Counted from the stretch's first letter, positions 27,522 to 37,385 are shown. The stretch: 64,000 bases of DNA from Candidatus Marinacidobacterium sp. (GCA_965220965.1 OZ244852.1:2240001-2304000); one strand, 5' to 3'. Numbers and translations are program-made. Notes: generated by a model from the letters alone, not told the origin.

Positions 27522-30455
27522 CTAGAAGACCACGCGCAGCCCGAGCTGGGCCTGGCGCTGAGCGCCGACCCGCGCCGCCCCGAGCCCGAACTCGGGGTTC
27601 GACGAACCGTCCCCCAGCGTCGGCTCCTGCTGATCGGCGCCGGAAACCCGGAACGTGCTGGCGTTCAGCACATTGAAGACCTCGAACAGCGCCTCGATCT
27701 GCGCCGGGCCCATGTCGAAGCGCTTGGTGATCCGGAGATCCAGGTTCGTCCAGGCGTCGTTCCGCTCCCCGTTGATCGGAGCGAGAGCCCCACCCTGGAT
27801 GGCCCGCGTCTGGGGACCGTGGGGACCCACGAAGAAACCGGGGTGGTTGTGGAAGCCGACCTGCGGGTCGAGCGCAGTGAACGGGGAGCCGGACTGCGCG
27901 GTCAGGATCCCGCTCGCGAGGATGTCGAACGGAAGCGAGAAGACGCCGCTGGCGACGAAGCGGTGCGGGATGTCCCGACTGGAGATCCCCCAGTCGTAGT
28001 CCGGATCCGCCGGGTCGGTCAGCGTGAGGCCGCCGGAGGAGCGCTCGTTGTCGTCGTTGGAGCGGTCCCGCGACCAGGTGTAGTGCGCCTGGAACTGGAT
28101 CCCGTCCCGGAACCGGCGACGCACGGCGGCGGTGATCGCCGTGTAGTCGGAACGCGCCACCGAGTCGCGAACGAGGATCGTCCCGTACGCCGGGTTGATC
28201 CGCTCGCCCGAATACACCGGGCGGCCGAAACTGTCGCGGCTGGCCGGAGCTACGTTGGCGTCCACGTTGGAGGCGAGGTAGTCGCCGCGGGCGTAGACGA
28301 AGTCCAGCGAAGCGGCCAGATCGCGGCCGACCTCGCGCTCGAGGCCGAGGTTGAACCGGGCGGTCCGGGGATCCTGGAAGTCCGGGTGGACATAGCTGAG
28401 GGACGGAGTCAGGCCCGCGGGCGGGTTCGAGTTGTCGATCGACGCGCCGAGCGGAACGAAGCCGGTGTCTCCGGGCGCGACGATGGCGTTCCCGTAGCGG
28501 GGGAAGACCCCGGTGTCGCTGAAGGCCGAGAAGAACAGCAGCGTGGGAGTCCGGGCGTAGAAGACGCCGGCTCCGCCCCGCAGGATCGTGCTGGAATCGA
28601 CCGACCAGACGAAGCCGCCGCGAGGCGAGAAGTTGTCGAGATCATTCGGGATGCTCGTCCCCTCGGGCAGGACGTGCTCGACCGAGCCCGGGTTGAAGGT
28701 CGCATCCCAGCGCGCCCCGAAGTTCAGGGTCAGGCGCGGGTTCGGGCTCCAGGAATCCTGGATGTAGGCACCGAGGGTCTGCTGCGTGACGTCGAAGTTC
28801 GGGTTGCTGACGTCGCCGAAGAAGATCCGGGCGCGGGCGGCGTTCCCGGCGAGGAAGTCCTCCACCGAGTCGAAGTCGTAACGGCCGTCGGCGTTGCCGG
28901 CGAAGTACTCGCTCAGCATGTCGTGATTCAGGCCGATCCCGAGCCGGATCTCGTGGTTGCCCACCAGGAACGAGTACTTCTCCTGGATCTCGATCTTGCC
29001 CTCGTCCACATGGATGGGCAGCCACCACGGCTTGCCGAACGCCCCGAAGGAGGGCGAGAAGATGCGGAAGTTGGCCTGGAGCGCGCTTCCCGGCAGGTTC
29101 GCAAGACGATCCAGGTCGTCGTAGGCGTACTGGACCCGGAGCTCGTTGACCCCGGTGTCGCCGATCAGCGACACGACGGACCCCACGACCGCGTGGGTGC
29201 GCTGGAGTTTCCTGGACTCTTCGGAGACGTAATCGGAGGTGCGCGCGTAGTCGGTGACGTTGTAGCGAAGAGTCAGCGAGTGCTGGTCGTTCACCCGGTG
29301 GTTCAGCTTGCCGAACAGGATCAGGTTGTCGGTCTCGCGAACGAACTGGCCGGTGGCGGTCCGGCCCTCCACCGGATCGGCGGAGGCGATCCCGTCGCTG
29401 TTCGGCGTGAACCCGGCGAGCAGATCCGGGAAGAGCGAGAGCACCGCGTCGTAGTGGCCGCGTCCCCGGATGTCCTGCAGGAACGGCTGGCTTCGCGCCG
29501 TCTGGTCGTAGGAGAGGAAGAAGTGCGTCCGGTCCCGCACGATCGGGCCGCCGAAGGAGCTTCCCCAGTTGTAGCGGGCGAACTCGTCCACGTCGTAGCG
29601 CTCATCGTCGGCCGCGATCCCCCGGTGGGCGTCGAGCGGCGACTGCGCCAGCCGCGCGACCATGCGCTGGTCGCGGAAGAAGAGGAAGCCGGAGCCGGCG
29701 AAGTCGTTCGTCCCCGCCTTGGTGACCACGTTGATGTAGCCGCCGCCGGAGCGGCCGGCCTCGGCGGAGTAGCCGCTGGTCACGACCTGGAACTCCTTCA
29801 CCGACTCCTGGGCGACGACCAGGCCGCCGTTCTCGGTCGCCTCTCCCCCGCGGCCATACCCGAAGAACGCGCTCTTCGCGTTCGTTCCGTCGATCGTGAG
29901 GCCCGAGTTGATCCCGCGCTGTCCGCTCAGCGAGATCCCGCCGCGCTGCGGCTCGACCTTGACCGTGGGCTTGAGCAGCGCGAACTGCACGAAGTCGCGA
30001 CCCTGGATCGGCAGTGTGGAGATCTCGTTCTCGTCCACGTAGCCGGCTGCGCCCCCGCGCCCGACCTCGAGGAGCGGCGCTTCCGCGGTCACCACGACCG
30101 TTTCTTCGACCCCGGCGAGGCCGAGCGTGAGATCCACCTCGAGGACCTGTCCGACGAAGACCTGGATGTTCTCCTGGCGCGCCGTCTGGAAGCCGCTCAG
30201 CGAGGCGGTGAGGTGGTAGTCACCGCTGGGAACCGACCGGAGCGCGAAGAACCCCTCGGCGTTCGTGACCGCGGCCCGGCTGAGGCCCCGCTCGATGTCG
30301 GTGAGCTCCACGGTGACGCCGGGGAGCGCGGCGCTGGTGTCGTCGGTGATGAAGCCCTGGACGGTCGCGAGCGACTGCGCCAGAGCCGAAACGGGAAGGA
30401 TCAGCGTCAGCAGCGCGCCGAGGCCGAGGGAGCGGATGATGGACAAGGTGGTCAC
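27522..30455 (-). CDS. TonB-dependent receptor with carboxypeptidase-regulatory-like N-domain (Oar type)
   Basis: ALPGVTVEL, LPIQGRDF, ESVKEFQV, SGGYINVVTKAGTNDF, NFSPRGGF and C-terminal RQAQLGLRVVF. GTG start at 30455 inferred from the signal peptide. Confidence 0.92.
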   Translation of the reverse strand: MTTLSIIRSLGLGALLTLILPVSALAQSLATVQGFITDDTSAALPGVTVELTDIERGLSRAAVTNAEGFFALRSVPSGDYHLTASLSGFQTARQENIQVFVGQVLEVDLTLGLAGVEETVVVTAEAPLLEVGRGGAAGYVDENEISTLPIQGRDFVQFALLKPTVKVEPQRGGISLSGQRGINSGLTIDGTNAKSAFFGYGRGGEATENGGLVVAQESVKEFQVVTSGYSAEAGRSGGGYINVVTKAGTNDFAGSGFLFFRDQRMVARLAQSPLDAHRGIAADDERYDVDEFARYNWGSSFGGPIVRDRTHFFLSYDQTARSQPFLQDIRGRGHYDAVLSLFPDLLAGFTPNSDGIASADPVEGRTATGQFVRETDNLILFGKLNHRVNDQHSLTLRYNVTDYARTSDYVSEESRKLQRTHAVVGSVVSLIGDTGVNELRVQYAYDDLDRLANLPGSALQANFRIFSPSFGAFGKPWWLPIHVDEGKIEIQEKYSFLVGNHEIRLGIGLNHDMLSEYFAGNADGRYDFDSVEDFLAGNAARARIFFGDVSNPNFDVTQQTLGAYIQDSWSPNPRLTLNFGARWDATFNPGSVEHVLPEGTSIPNDLDNFSPRGGFVWSVDSSTILRGGAGVFYARTPTLLFFSAFSDTGVFPRYGNAIVAPGDTGFVPLGASIDNSNPPAGLTPSLSYVHPDFQDPRTARFNLGLEREVGRDLAASLDFVYARGDYLASNVDANVAPASRDSFGRPVYSGERINPAYGTILVRDSVARSDYTAITAAVRRRFRDGIQFQAHYTWSRDRSNDDNERSSGGLTLTDPADPDYDWGISSRDIPHRFVASGVFSLPFDILASGILTAQSGSPFTALDPQVGFHNHPGFFVGPHGPQTRAIQGGALAPINGERNDAWTNLDLRITKRFDMGPAQIEALFEVFNVLNASTFRVSGADQQEPTLGDGSSNPEFGLGAARVGAQRQAQLGLRVVF

Positions 30456-30630
30456 CCCGCGGGAGCGGATGGCTTGAGACTTCGGGAAGCGGCTTCGAAG
30501 GATGGAACCGCCGGACTCGCGGGAATCTTTGACACGCCAGAGTGGGCGATTCAAGGCATGCCGTGAGAAAAGTTGAAGACAGGGCGCAACCGCTCCCGCT
30601 AGGGCGCATCTCCGGCCGCCAGAAGTCTGA

Positions 30631-30692
30631 GTTGCGTATACGTTACTATTCGGCGATGAGCTGACGGCGCCTGATGGTAACGTATATGCGAC
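30631..30692 (+). promoter_or_regulatory. Long inverted repeat / paired operator sites directly upstream of the antitoxin-like gene
   Basis: gttgcgtatacgttactattcggcg-N12-cgcctgatggtaacgtatatgcgac: 25-position stem with 4 G-U pairs and 1 mismatch, AT-rich, ending just before the ATG at 30694. Confidence 0.65.
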
Positions 30693-30693
30693 C

Positions 30694-31017
30694 ATGCCTC
30701 TTCGACGGACGTTCCGACGCGGCGTCCGGGCGCCCGCGTCGCGCGACCCGGGAGTACGCGCCGCACTGCTGACCGAGGGGCTCGAGGCGCTCCTCGCCGG
30801 AGACCTACCGGGGCTCCGCGCCGGGCTCCGCCGCTACGTGAACGCGACGATCGGTTTCGCCGCGCTGGCCCGCGCGACGGGGATCCACGAGAAGAGCCTC
30901 ATGCGGATGCTGGGGCCCAGCGGCAACCCCCGGACCGCGCATCTGGCCCGGATCATCGGGGCGCTGGCGGAGCGCGAAGGGTGGGCGCTCGGGGTCCGCA
31001 TCCGGGATCCGGACTAA
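30694..31017 (+). CDS. Addiction-module antidote-type HTH protein (orphan antitoxin-like)
   Basis: LRRYVNATIGFAALARATGIHEKSLMRMLGPSGNPRTAHL matches the XRE-like antidote family pattern. Confidence 0.8.
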   Translation: MPLRRTFRRGVRAPASRDPGVRAALLTEGLEALLAGDLPGLRAGLRRYVNATIGFAALARATGIHEKSLMRMLGPSGNPRTAHLARIIGALAEREGWALGVRIRDPD

Positions 31018-31030
31018 CGGACTCCAGGCC

Positions 31031-31222
31031 TCAGGCTTCGAACCCGGGGGCGGGCGCGGCGTCCCGGCCGGCCCCGGGGCAGTCGGCGCAGGCTTCCGAA
31101 TCCGCCTCTCCGCAGCGACGGAGATCGCAGCGGCGCCGGAGGAGCGTCCCCAGCCCGAGGAGGAAGACCGACCCCACGACGACCACGGCGCTCAGCAGCA
31201 CGATCCCGAGCGCCTGAAGCAT
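31031..31222 (-). CDS. nqrM: Probable Na+-NQR maturation factor NqrM
   Basis: About 63 aa with one N-terminal TM helix then four Cys (CDLRRCGEADSEACADC). Same strand as, and downstream of, nqrF-apbE. Confidence 0.6.
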   Translation of the reverse strand: MLQALGIVLLSAVVVVGSVFLLGLGTLLRRRCDLRRCGEADSEACADCPGAGRDAAPAPGFEA

Positions 31223-31232
31223 GGCCGCCATC

Positions 31233-31667
31233 CTACTCCCGGCCGGAGGCGGGGCGGTCCGAATCCAGGAAGGACCGGACGGACCGGGTCAACTGCTCCC
31301 CGTCGCGGATCTGGCACTCCCAGATGACCAACACCCGCCAGCCGAGCCGACCGAGCTCGTCCTGGTTCCTCAGGTCCCGGTCGCGGTTGCCTTCCAGCTT
31401 GGGCAGCCAGTAGTCCCGCCGGCGCTTCGGGATCCGGCTCCCCCGGGGACACGCGTGCTGGTGCCAGAAGCAGCCGTGGACGAACACCACGGCCCGTCGG
31501 GCGGGGAACACCAGGTCCGGCGCCCCCGGCAGGCTCCGCACATGGAGCCGGTAGCGGTAGCCCAGGGAGTGGATCAGGCGACGAACCGCCATCTCGGTTC
31601 CGGTGTCCTTGCCGCGCACCGCCCGCATCGTGCGGCTGCGGACTTCGGAGGGCTCGGGGGATGTCAC
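31233..31667 (-). CDS. vsr: Very short patch repair endonuclease
   Basis: RSRTMRAVRGKDTGTE, LPGAPDLVF, FVHGCFWHQH, YWLPKLEGN and GWRVLVIWEC. GTGA overlap with the methyltransferase. Confidence 0.93.
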   Translation of the reverse strand: MTSPEPSEVRSRTMRAVRGKDTGTEMAVRRLIHSLGYRYRLHVRSLPGAPDLVFPARRAVVFVHGCFWHQHACPRGSRIPKRRRDYWLPKLEGNRDRDLRNQDELGRLGWRVLVIWECQIRDGEQLTRSVRSFLDSDRPASGRE

Positions 31668-32821
31668 CGGATGCGGGATGCGGGGGTGGGCCCTGTCGAG
31701 GCCAGGAGCGGCTCGAGGAGGTGTTCGGCCACATGCCGAACGGCCGTCGCGACCACGCCGTCGCCTGCCAGGTGGTAACCCTCCCGGTCGCTCGCGGGGA
31801 GCCGGTAGTCGTCCGGCAGCCCCATCAGGCGCGCCGCCTCGCGGGCCGAGAGCAGGCGCGAGCGAATCCGGTTCCCCTCGACCGTCATGATGAACTGACG
31901 GCTGGAGCCGCCGCTCCCGGTCCGGAGACAACCCGAGAGCCCGTCGAACCGGATTTCGGCCCGCTGCCTCCGGACGCCTCCCTCCTCGCGCCGCGTCCTC
32001 CGGTAGAGCGCGCCAACCGTGTAGCGGCCCGACTCCTGCGCCCGCTTCACCTTGGCGCGGTGGCGGGGGGTCATCATGTCGAGGAGCCGCTGCGTCTCGG
32101 ACGGCGTGTGCCAGCGGATCCCGCGAGGCTCTACCTCGAGGACGTCGGACAGCCCGGTCGTCCGCGGGGGAGGCGCGGGTAACCGCCACCAGACCCAGGC
32201 CGGTCGAGTGTCGGGGGGAAGCTGGCGGGCGGCCCGCTCGAGACCCGGGGTGGTCCAGTTCGGGTCCGGACCGGAACGGCGTACGGTCGCCGGCACGCGC
32301 GAGTCATCCCGGGCGGCGATGACGAAGAGCCGCGGCCGGGACTGCGGCACGAAGTGGACGGCGTTCACCACGAGCGCGCCGAAGCGGTAGCCGCCGGCGG
32401 CGAGGGCTTGCCCGATCGCGGCGAAATCCCGTCCGGAGTGCGAGGTCAGCGCGCCCGCCACGTTCTCGAGGACGACGGTGGACGGCGCGCGCGCCTCCCG
32501 CCGGAGCCCCTCGATGAGGCGCCAGAAGGCCCAGAACGTCCCGGAGCGCTCCCCGGCGAGTCCGGCGCGCGGACCGGCGAGCGAGAGATCCTGACAGGGA
32601 AACGAGGCCCAGGCCAGGTCGGCGCGGCCCGGGAGGTCCGTCGTGGCGAGCGAGGCGACATCGCCGCGGCGCAGGCCGGAGTCTCCCCAGTTCCGGGCGT
32701 AGGTCGCGCACTTGGCTTCATCCAGATCGTTCGCAAAGAGGCAGGTCCAGCCCGGGCCGAGCCCGAGTCTCGCCATGCCTCCGCCCGCGAAGAATTCGTA
32801 GAAGCCGCGCGACGTGGTCAA
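31664..32821 (-). CDS. dcm: DNA (cytosine-5) methyltransferase
   Basis: Motif I FFAGGG, IV FPCQDLS, VI ENV, VIII QSRPR, IX REAARLMG and X GDGV. Confidence 0.93.
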   Translation of the reverse strand: MTTSRGFYEFFAGGGMARLGLGPGWTCLFANDLDEAKCATYARNWGDSGLRRGDVASLATTDLPGRADLAWASFPCQDLSLAGPRAGLAGERSGTFWAFWRLIEGLRREARAPSTVVLENVAGALTSHSGRDFAAIGQALAAGGYRFGALVVNAVHFVPQSRPRLFVIAARDDSRVPATVRRSGPDPNWTTPGLERAARQLPPDTRPAWVWWRLPAPPPRTTGLSDVLEVEPRGIRWHTPSETQRLLDMMTPRHRAKVKRAQESGRYTVGALYRRTRREEGGVRRQRAEIRFDGLSGCLRTGSGGSSRQFIMTVEGNRIRSRLLSAREAARLMGLPDDYRLPASDREGYHLAGDGVVATAVRHVAEHLLEPLLASTGPTPASRIR

Positions 32822-32887
32822 CGAACGCCCATGGTACCGACGGCCCGGACGGCGACGTCCCGGGCGACGCCGCCGTCGGCCCGGCGT

Positions 32888-33961
32888 TCAGTCCGGCTGA
32901 TTCCGCCCGTCGGCGCCCGGAGCGGCCGCCCCGGTGCGGGACGCGAACGCCGGGCTCGCCCGCTCGGTGACTTCACCGCCGTCGTACAGGACCAGGAAGA
33001 GCGCGGCGAGACCGAGGCGGTCCGCCAGCGCCAGACCCTCATCCGGGCCCAGCACGAACAGCGCGGTGGCCCAGGCGTCCGCCTCGAGGCAGGTGTCGGC
33101 GAGAACGGTGACCGAGCCCTCCGGCCGCTCCACCGGCCGCCCGACCCGCGGATCGAGGATGTGCGTGGGCCGCGACGCCGCCCGCCCCGGCGCCGTGGAC
33201 GCCTCCCGGAAATCCCGGTACCCCCCCGAAGTGGCGACGGCGAGGTCGGCGACCCGGTAGGAACGAGCCACCTGGCGCGCGGAGAGCGGCGCCGGGGCTT
33301 CGACGCCAACGGTCCAGGCGCCGGCGACCCGGATCTCCCCGCCGATCTCGACGAGGTGTTCGGCGTGTCCCTCCTCCTCGAGGAGCGCCGCGACCCGGTC
33401 CACCGCGTACCCCTTGGCGATCGCCGAGAGGTCGAGCGCGACGCCGGAAACCGTCCTGAGCAGTCCCGTCGCGCCGTCCGGAAGCCGGACGAGGCGCACC
33501 GCGTCCGGCCCGCTGCGGGCCCGCGCCGCCTCGACCGCCGCCGCGTCGGGGACGGCTTCGCCGGGAGCCGCCTCCGGGCCGAACCCGAAGAGCGCCAGGA
33601 GGGGCGCGACGGTGATGTCGAACGCTCCACCCGAGGCGCGGTTCACCCGGAGGGCGGCTGCGACGACTTCGGCGAGCGGCGCCGACACCGGAAACGGACC
33701 GCCGCCCGGCTGTCGGTTCAGCCGGGACACCTCGGAGTCGGCGCGCCAGCCCGACATGCTCCGGTCCACCTCGTCGAGCCGCCCCTCGATCCCGGCCCGG
33801 AGCCCACCCGGATCCACCGCGGCGTCCCGCAGCCGTACGGCCCAGGTGGTCCCGAACGCCTCGCCCCGCAGCAGCGTCCCCTCCGGGGGGGAGGGAGCGC
33901 AGCCGGCGAGCCCCGCGAGGGCGACCGCCGCCGCCGCGAGCCGGCTACCCGAAATCGTCGT
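32888..33961 (-). CDS. apbE: FAD:protein FMN transferase ApbE (start non-canonical or uncertain)
   Basis: [42 protein letters not shown] and ADAWATA. The frame continues upstream of GTG 33817 through FGTTW and a lipobox LAGC. Confidence 0.9.
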   Translation of the reverse strand, partial: TTISGSRLAAAAVALAGLAGCAPSPPEGTLLRGEAFGTTWAVRLRDAAVDPGGLRAGIEGRLDEVDRSMSGWRADSEVSRLNRQPGGGPFPVSAPLAEVVAAALRVNRASGGAFDITVAPLLALFGFGPEAAPGEAVPDAAAVEAARARSGPDAVRLVRLPDGATGLLRTVSGVALDLSAIAKGYAVDRVAALLEEEGHAEHLVEIGGEIRVAGAWTVGVEAPAPLSARQVARSYRVADLAVATSGGYRDFREASTAPGRAASRPTHILDPRVGRPVERPEGSVTVLADTCLEADAWATALFVLGPDEGLALADRLGLAALFLVLYDGGEVTERASPAFASRTGAAAPGADGRNQPD

Positions 33962-35177
33962 AGGCGATGTTCTCGGGTTCGACGCCGAGGCCGTCGAGCA
34001 GGTCCAGGCAGGCCTTCAGCATGAGCGGCGGACCGCAGAGGTAGTACTCGGCGTCCTCCGGATTCGGGTGGTCCCGGAGGTAGTGGTCGTAGAGGACCTG
34101 GTGGATGAAGCCGGTGTGGCCGGTCCAGTTGTCCTCGGGGAGCGGCTCGGAGAGCGCCAGCTTCCACTCGAAGTTGGGGTGCTCCGCCGCGATCCGGTCG
34201 AAGTCCTCCTGGTAGAACGCCTCGCGCAGGCTGCGGGCGCCGTACCAGAAGCTCACCTTGCGGTCCGTTGAGAGGCGACGGAACTGGTCGAAGATGTGGG
34301 AGCGCATCGGGGCCATCCCGGCGCCGCCGCCAACGAAGACCATTTCGTTCTTCGTCTCTTTCGCGTAGAACTCGCCGTAGGGCCCCGAGATCGTCACCTC
34401 GTCACCGGGCCGCAGGCTGAAGAGCCAGGAGGTCATCTTTCCGGGGGGGGCGTCGGGCTCGCCGGGAGGCGGCGAAGCGATCCGGACGTTCAGCAGGATC
34501 ACGCCCTTTTCCTCGGGGTAGTTCGCCATCGAATAGGCGCGGACGACATCCTCGCCGGGTTCGACGGTGGACCGGAACTTCCACATGTCGAAGCGGTCCC
34601 AGTCCTCGCGGTACTCCTCCTCGACCTCGAAGTCCCGGTAGGTCAGATCGTAGGGTGGACACTCGATCTGGATGTAGCCGCCCGCCCGGAACGGCACCTC
34701 CTCCCCGGGGGGAAGCTCGAGGATCAGCTCCTTGATGAACGTCGCCACGTTGTGGTTCGAGCGGACGCGGCACGTCCACTTCCGGATCGAGAAGAGCTCC
34801 GGAGGGATCTCGAGCCGCATGTCCTGCTTCACCCGGACCTGGCAGGAAAGCCGCACGCCGGCGCGCTCTTCGCCCCGGGTCAGGTGACTCCGCTCGGTGG
34901 GAAGCACCGCGCCCCCGCCCTCGAGCACCTTGACCGTGCAGACGCCGCAGCTTCCCTTCCCGCCGCAGGCCGACGGCAGAAACAGCCGGCTCTCCGCGAG
35001 CGTTCCGAGGAGGGAGCCGCCGGCTGCCGTGCGGATCTCGTTTTCGGGGTCGTCGTTGATCCGGATGCAGACCTCGCCGCTGGCCACCAGCCGCCGCTTG
35101 GCCGCGAGCAGGACGACGACGAGCGACAGGATGACGAACGAGAACCCGGCGACGCCGAGCAGGACAGTCGTTGTCAA
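33945..35177 (-). CDS. nqrF: Na+-translocating NADH:quinone reductase subunit F
   Basis: 2Fe-2S motif [10 protein letters not shown]...[29 protein letters not shown] and a YDDFG end. TTG start. Confidence 0.96.
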   Translation of the reverse strand: MTTTVLLGVAGFSFVILSLVVVLLAAKRRLVASGEVCIRINDDPENEIRTAAGGSLLGTLAESRLFLPSACGGKGSCGVCTVKVLEGGGAVLPTERSHLTRGEERAGVRLSCQVRVKQDMRLEIPPELFSIRKWTCRVRSNHNVATFIKELILELPPGEEVPFRAGGYIQIECPPYDLTYRDFEVEEEYREDWDRFDMWKFRSTVEPGEDVVRAYSMANYPEEKGVILLNVRIASPPPGEPDAPPGKMTSWLFSLRPGDEVTISGPYGEFYAKETKNEMVFVGGGAGMAPMRSHIFDQFRRLSTDRKVSFWYGARSLREAFYQEDFDRIAAEHPNFEWKLALSEPLPEDNWTGHTGFIHQVLYDHYLRDHPNPEDAEYYLCGPPLMLKACLDLLDGLGVEPENIAYDDFG

Positions 35178-35196
35178 GAGGGGGTTCCGGGGCCGG

Positions 35197-35814
35197 TCAG
35201 AGCTGGATCCCGCCGAACGCCATGAAACCGATCGCCATGAGCCCGGTGAGCAGGAAGGTGATCCCGAGGCCGCGCAAGCCGGCCGGAATCTGGTGGTAGC
35301 GAAGGCGTTCGCGGATCCCGGCGAGCGCGATGACCGCAAGCGCCCACCCCAGCCCGGAGCCGAACCCGAACACCGCCGACTCGGGAAGCGTCAGCCCCCG
35401 CTCGATCATGAGCAGCGAGGCGCCGAGGATGGCGCAGTTCACCGCGATCAGGGGCAGGAACACCCCGAGCGCCGCGTGGAGCACCGGGAAGTAACGGTCC
35501 AGCACCATTTCCACGACCTGGACGGTGGCCGCGATCGTGCCGATGAAGGTCAGGAAGCGCAGAAAGGAGAGGTCCTGGCCGGTGAGCCCCTCGTGGAGCC
35601 AGCCGAGAGCCCCCGGGCGGAGCAGGAAGCCGTTGATGAAGTGGTTCAGCGGGACCGTGACGCTCAGGACGAAGGTCACCGCAGCCCCGAGGCCGATGGC
35701 GGTGCTGACCCGCTTCGAGACCGCCAGGAAGGAGCACATCCCGAGGAAGAAGGTGAGCGCCATGTTCTCCACGAAGATGGCGCGAATCGCGATGTTCAGA
35801 TAGTCCTCGAACAT
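35197..35814 (-). CDS. nqrE: Na+-NQR subunit E
   Basis: [22 protein letters not shown] and [13 protein letters not shown]. Confidence 0.96.
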   Translation of the reverse strand: MFEDYLNIAIRAIFVENMALTFFLGMCSFLAVSKRVSTAIGLGAAVTFVLSVTVPLNHFINGFLLRPGALGWLHEGLTGQDLSFLRFLTFIGTIAATVQVVEMVLDRYFPVLHAALGVFLPLIAVNCAILGASLLMIERGLTLPESAVFGFGSGLGWALAVIALAGIRERLRYHQIPAGLRGLGITFLLTGLMAIGFMAFGGIQL

Positions 35815-35815
35815 C

Positions 35816-36442
35816 TCACTCGGCCTCGTTCTGTTCGGGACGGAACCACCGGAGCGTCCAGATCAGGAACCCGATGACGAAGAAGGCGCCGGGCGACAGG
35901 CTCATGAGCCCGTTCGGGGTGTACCAGCCCCCGTCCGCGACGACCGGCAGGACGGGCGCTCCGAAGAACGTCCCGGTCCCAAGCACCTCGCGGAAAGCGC
36001 CGGTGATCAGCAGCACCGCCGCGTAGCCGAAGCCGTTCCCGATCCCGTCGAGCAGGCTCCGCAGCGGGGGGTTCTGCATCGCGAACGCCTCCGCCCGGCC
36101 CATGATGATGCAGTTCGTGATGATGAGGCCGACGAAGACGGTGAGCTGACGGGAGACCTCGTAGACGTAGGCCTTCAGCACCTGGTCGGTGACGATGACC
36201 AGCGAGGCGATGATCGTGAGCTGGACGATGATCCGGATGCTGTTCGGGATGCGGTTCCGAAGCAGGCTCACCGAAAGGTTCGAGAGCGCGATCACCGCGA
36301 TGACCGCGATGCTCATGACGACGGTGGTGGCCATCGTCGTGGTGACCGCGAGCGCCGAGCAGATGCCGAGCACCTGGAGCGCGATCGGGTTGTTCTGGAT
36401 GAGCGGGTCCATCAGGACCCGTCGGGAGGGACTGGCCGCCAT
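35816..36442 (-). CDS. nqrD: Na+-NQR subunit D
   Basis: [18 protein letters not shown] and [20 protein letters not shown]. Confidence 0.96.
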   Translation of the reverse strand: MAASPSRRVLMDPLIQNNPIALQVLGICSALAVTTTMATTVVMSIAVIAVIALSNLSVSLLRNRIPNSIRIIVQLTIIASLVIVTDQVLKAYVYEVSRQLTVFVGLIITNCIIMGRAEAFAMQNPPLRSLLDGIGNGFGYAAVLLITGAFREVLGTGTFFGAPVLPVVADGGWYTPNGLMSLSPGAFFVIGFLIWTLRWFRPEQNEAE

Positions 36443-36451
36443 GCCCGTCGC

Positions 36452-37252
36452 TCAGGACCCCGGGGCGGTCGCCGCCCCCGGTCCCGCCCGCTCCCCGAGA
36501 CGATCGAGATAGGGGCCGAAACCGCCGTCGGCGAGCCAGAACCGGAGCAGGTTCGTCACGCCGCGGCTCGTCATCGTGGCGCCGGCGAGTCCGTCCACCC
36601 GGTGCGGATCCTCCTCCGGCGAGCCGGCGGCGCCCCGGGCGACCTCGATCACCGGACTTCCGGCCTCGGCGGCGAACACCCGCCGGCCGGGCCAGAGCGC
36701 CTTCCAGGAGGGGTTGTCCACCTCGCCGCCCAGCCCGGGGGTCTCCTTGTGGTCGTAGAAGGTGAGGCCGCGCACCGTGTTCCGGTCCGCCTCGAGCGCG
36801 ACGAAGCCGTAGAGCACGGACCACAGCCCCTGCCCCCGGACCGGAAGCACCACGGCCTCCAGTTCGCCCTCGGGTTCGACGAGGTAGACCACGGAACGCC
36901 GCTCGACCCGGCGGATCCGCGCCGGGTTCTCTTCCGCCGCCCGCGAGGACTCGGTGAGCCCGGCCTCCACCAGCGGGTCCACCGTCGACGGGTCCACGTC
37001 GGAGAGCTCTTCGCCGGTCTCCAGGTCGACGACGACCGCGCGGATGCCGGAGAAACGGCCGGCGAGCTCGGCATCGTCGAGCTGCTCCTCCGGGTCGGCG
37101 AGGCCCGCCGCGTAGAGGACGTTGCGCTGGCGCTCCCGTTCGGCGTTTTCGGCCTGCCGGTCCCGCAGCGCCACCGCCGATCCGGAGACGAGAACGGCGC
37201 ACACCAGGCACACCGCCGCCGCGAATCCCAGGATGTAGCGACCGGAATTCAT
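36452..37252 (-). CDS. nqrC: Na+-NQR subunit C
   Basis: N-terminal TM helix, GQGLWS, HKETPGLGGEVDNP and FMN-attachment motif VDGLAGATMTSRGV. Confidence 0.95.
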   Translation of the reverse strand: MNSGRYILGFAAAVCLVCAVLVSGSAVALRDRQAENAERERQRNVLYAAGLADPEEQLDDAELAGRFSGIRAVVVDLETGEELSDVDPSTVDPLVEAGLTESSRAAEENPARIRRVERRSVVYLVEPEGELEAVVLPVRGQGLWSVLYGFVALEADRNTVRGLTFYDHKETPGLGGEVDNPSWKALWPGRRVFAAEAGSPVIEVARGAAGSPEEDPHRVDGLAGATMTSRGVTNLLRFWLADGGFGPYLDRLGERAGPGAATAPGS

Positions 37253-37372
37253 GCGATAGGGGCGCGGAATTCTAGTTTCCGGCTGAGGTCGCCGCTTCGC
37301 CGCAGCCTGGCCGGATGTCACGCCGCTGCCGGATCGCCAACGGCTGCAAAGCGGCCGGCGCGACGAATCTAT

Positions 37373-37385
37373 GACATGAAATGTC
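37373..37385. promoter_or_regulatory. Palindromic operator-like site in the divergent nqrC / ARPP-1 intergenic region
   Basis: GACAT-GAA-ATGTC perfect palindrome in an AT-rich patch. Confidence 0.45.
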
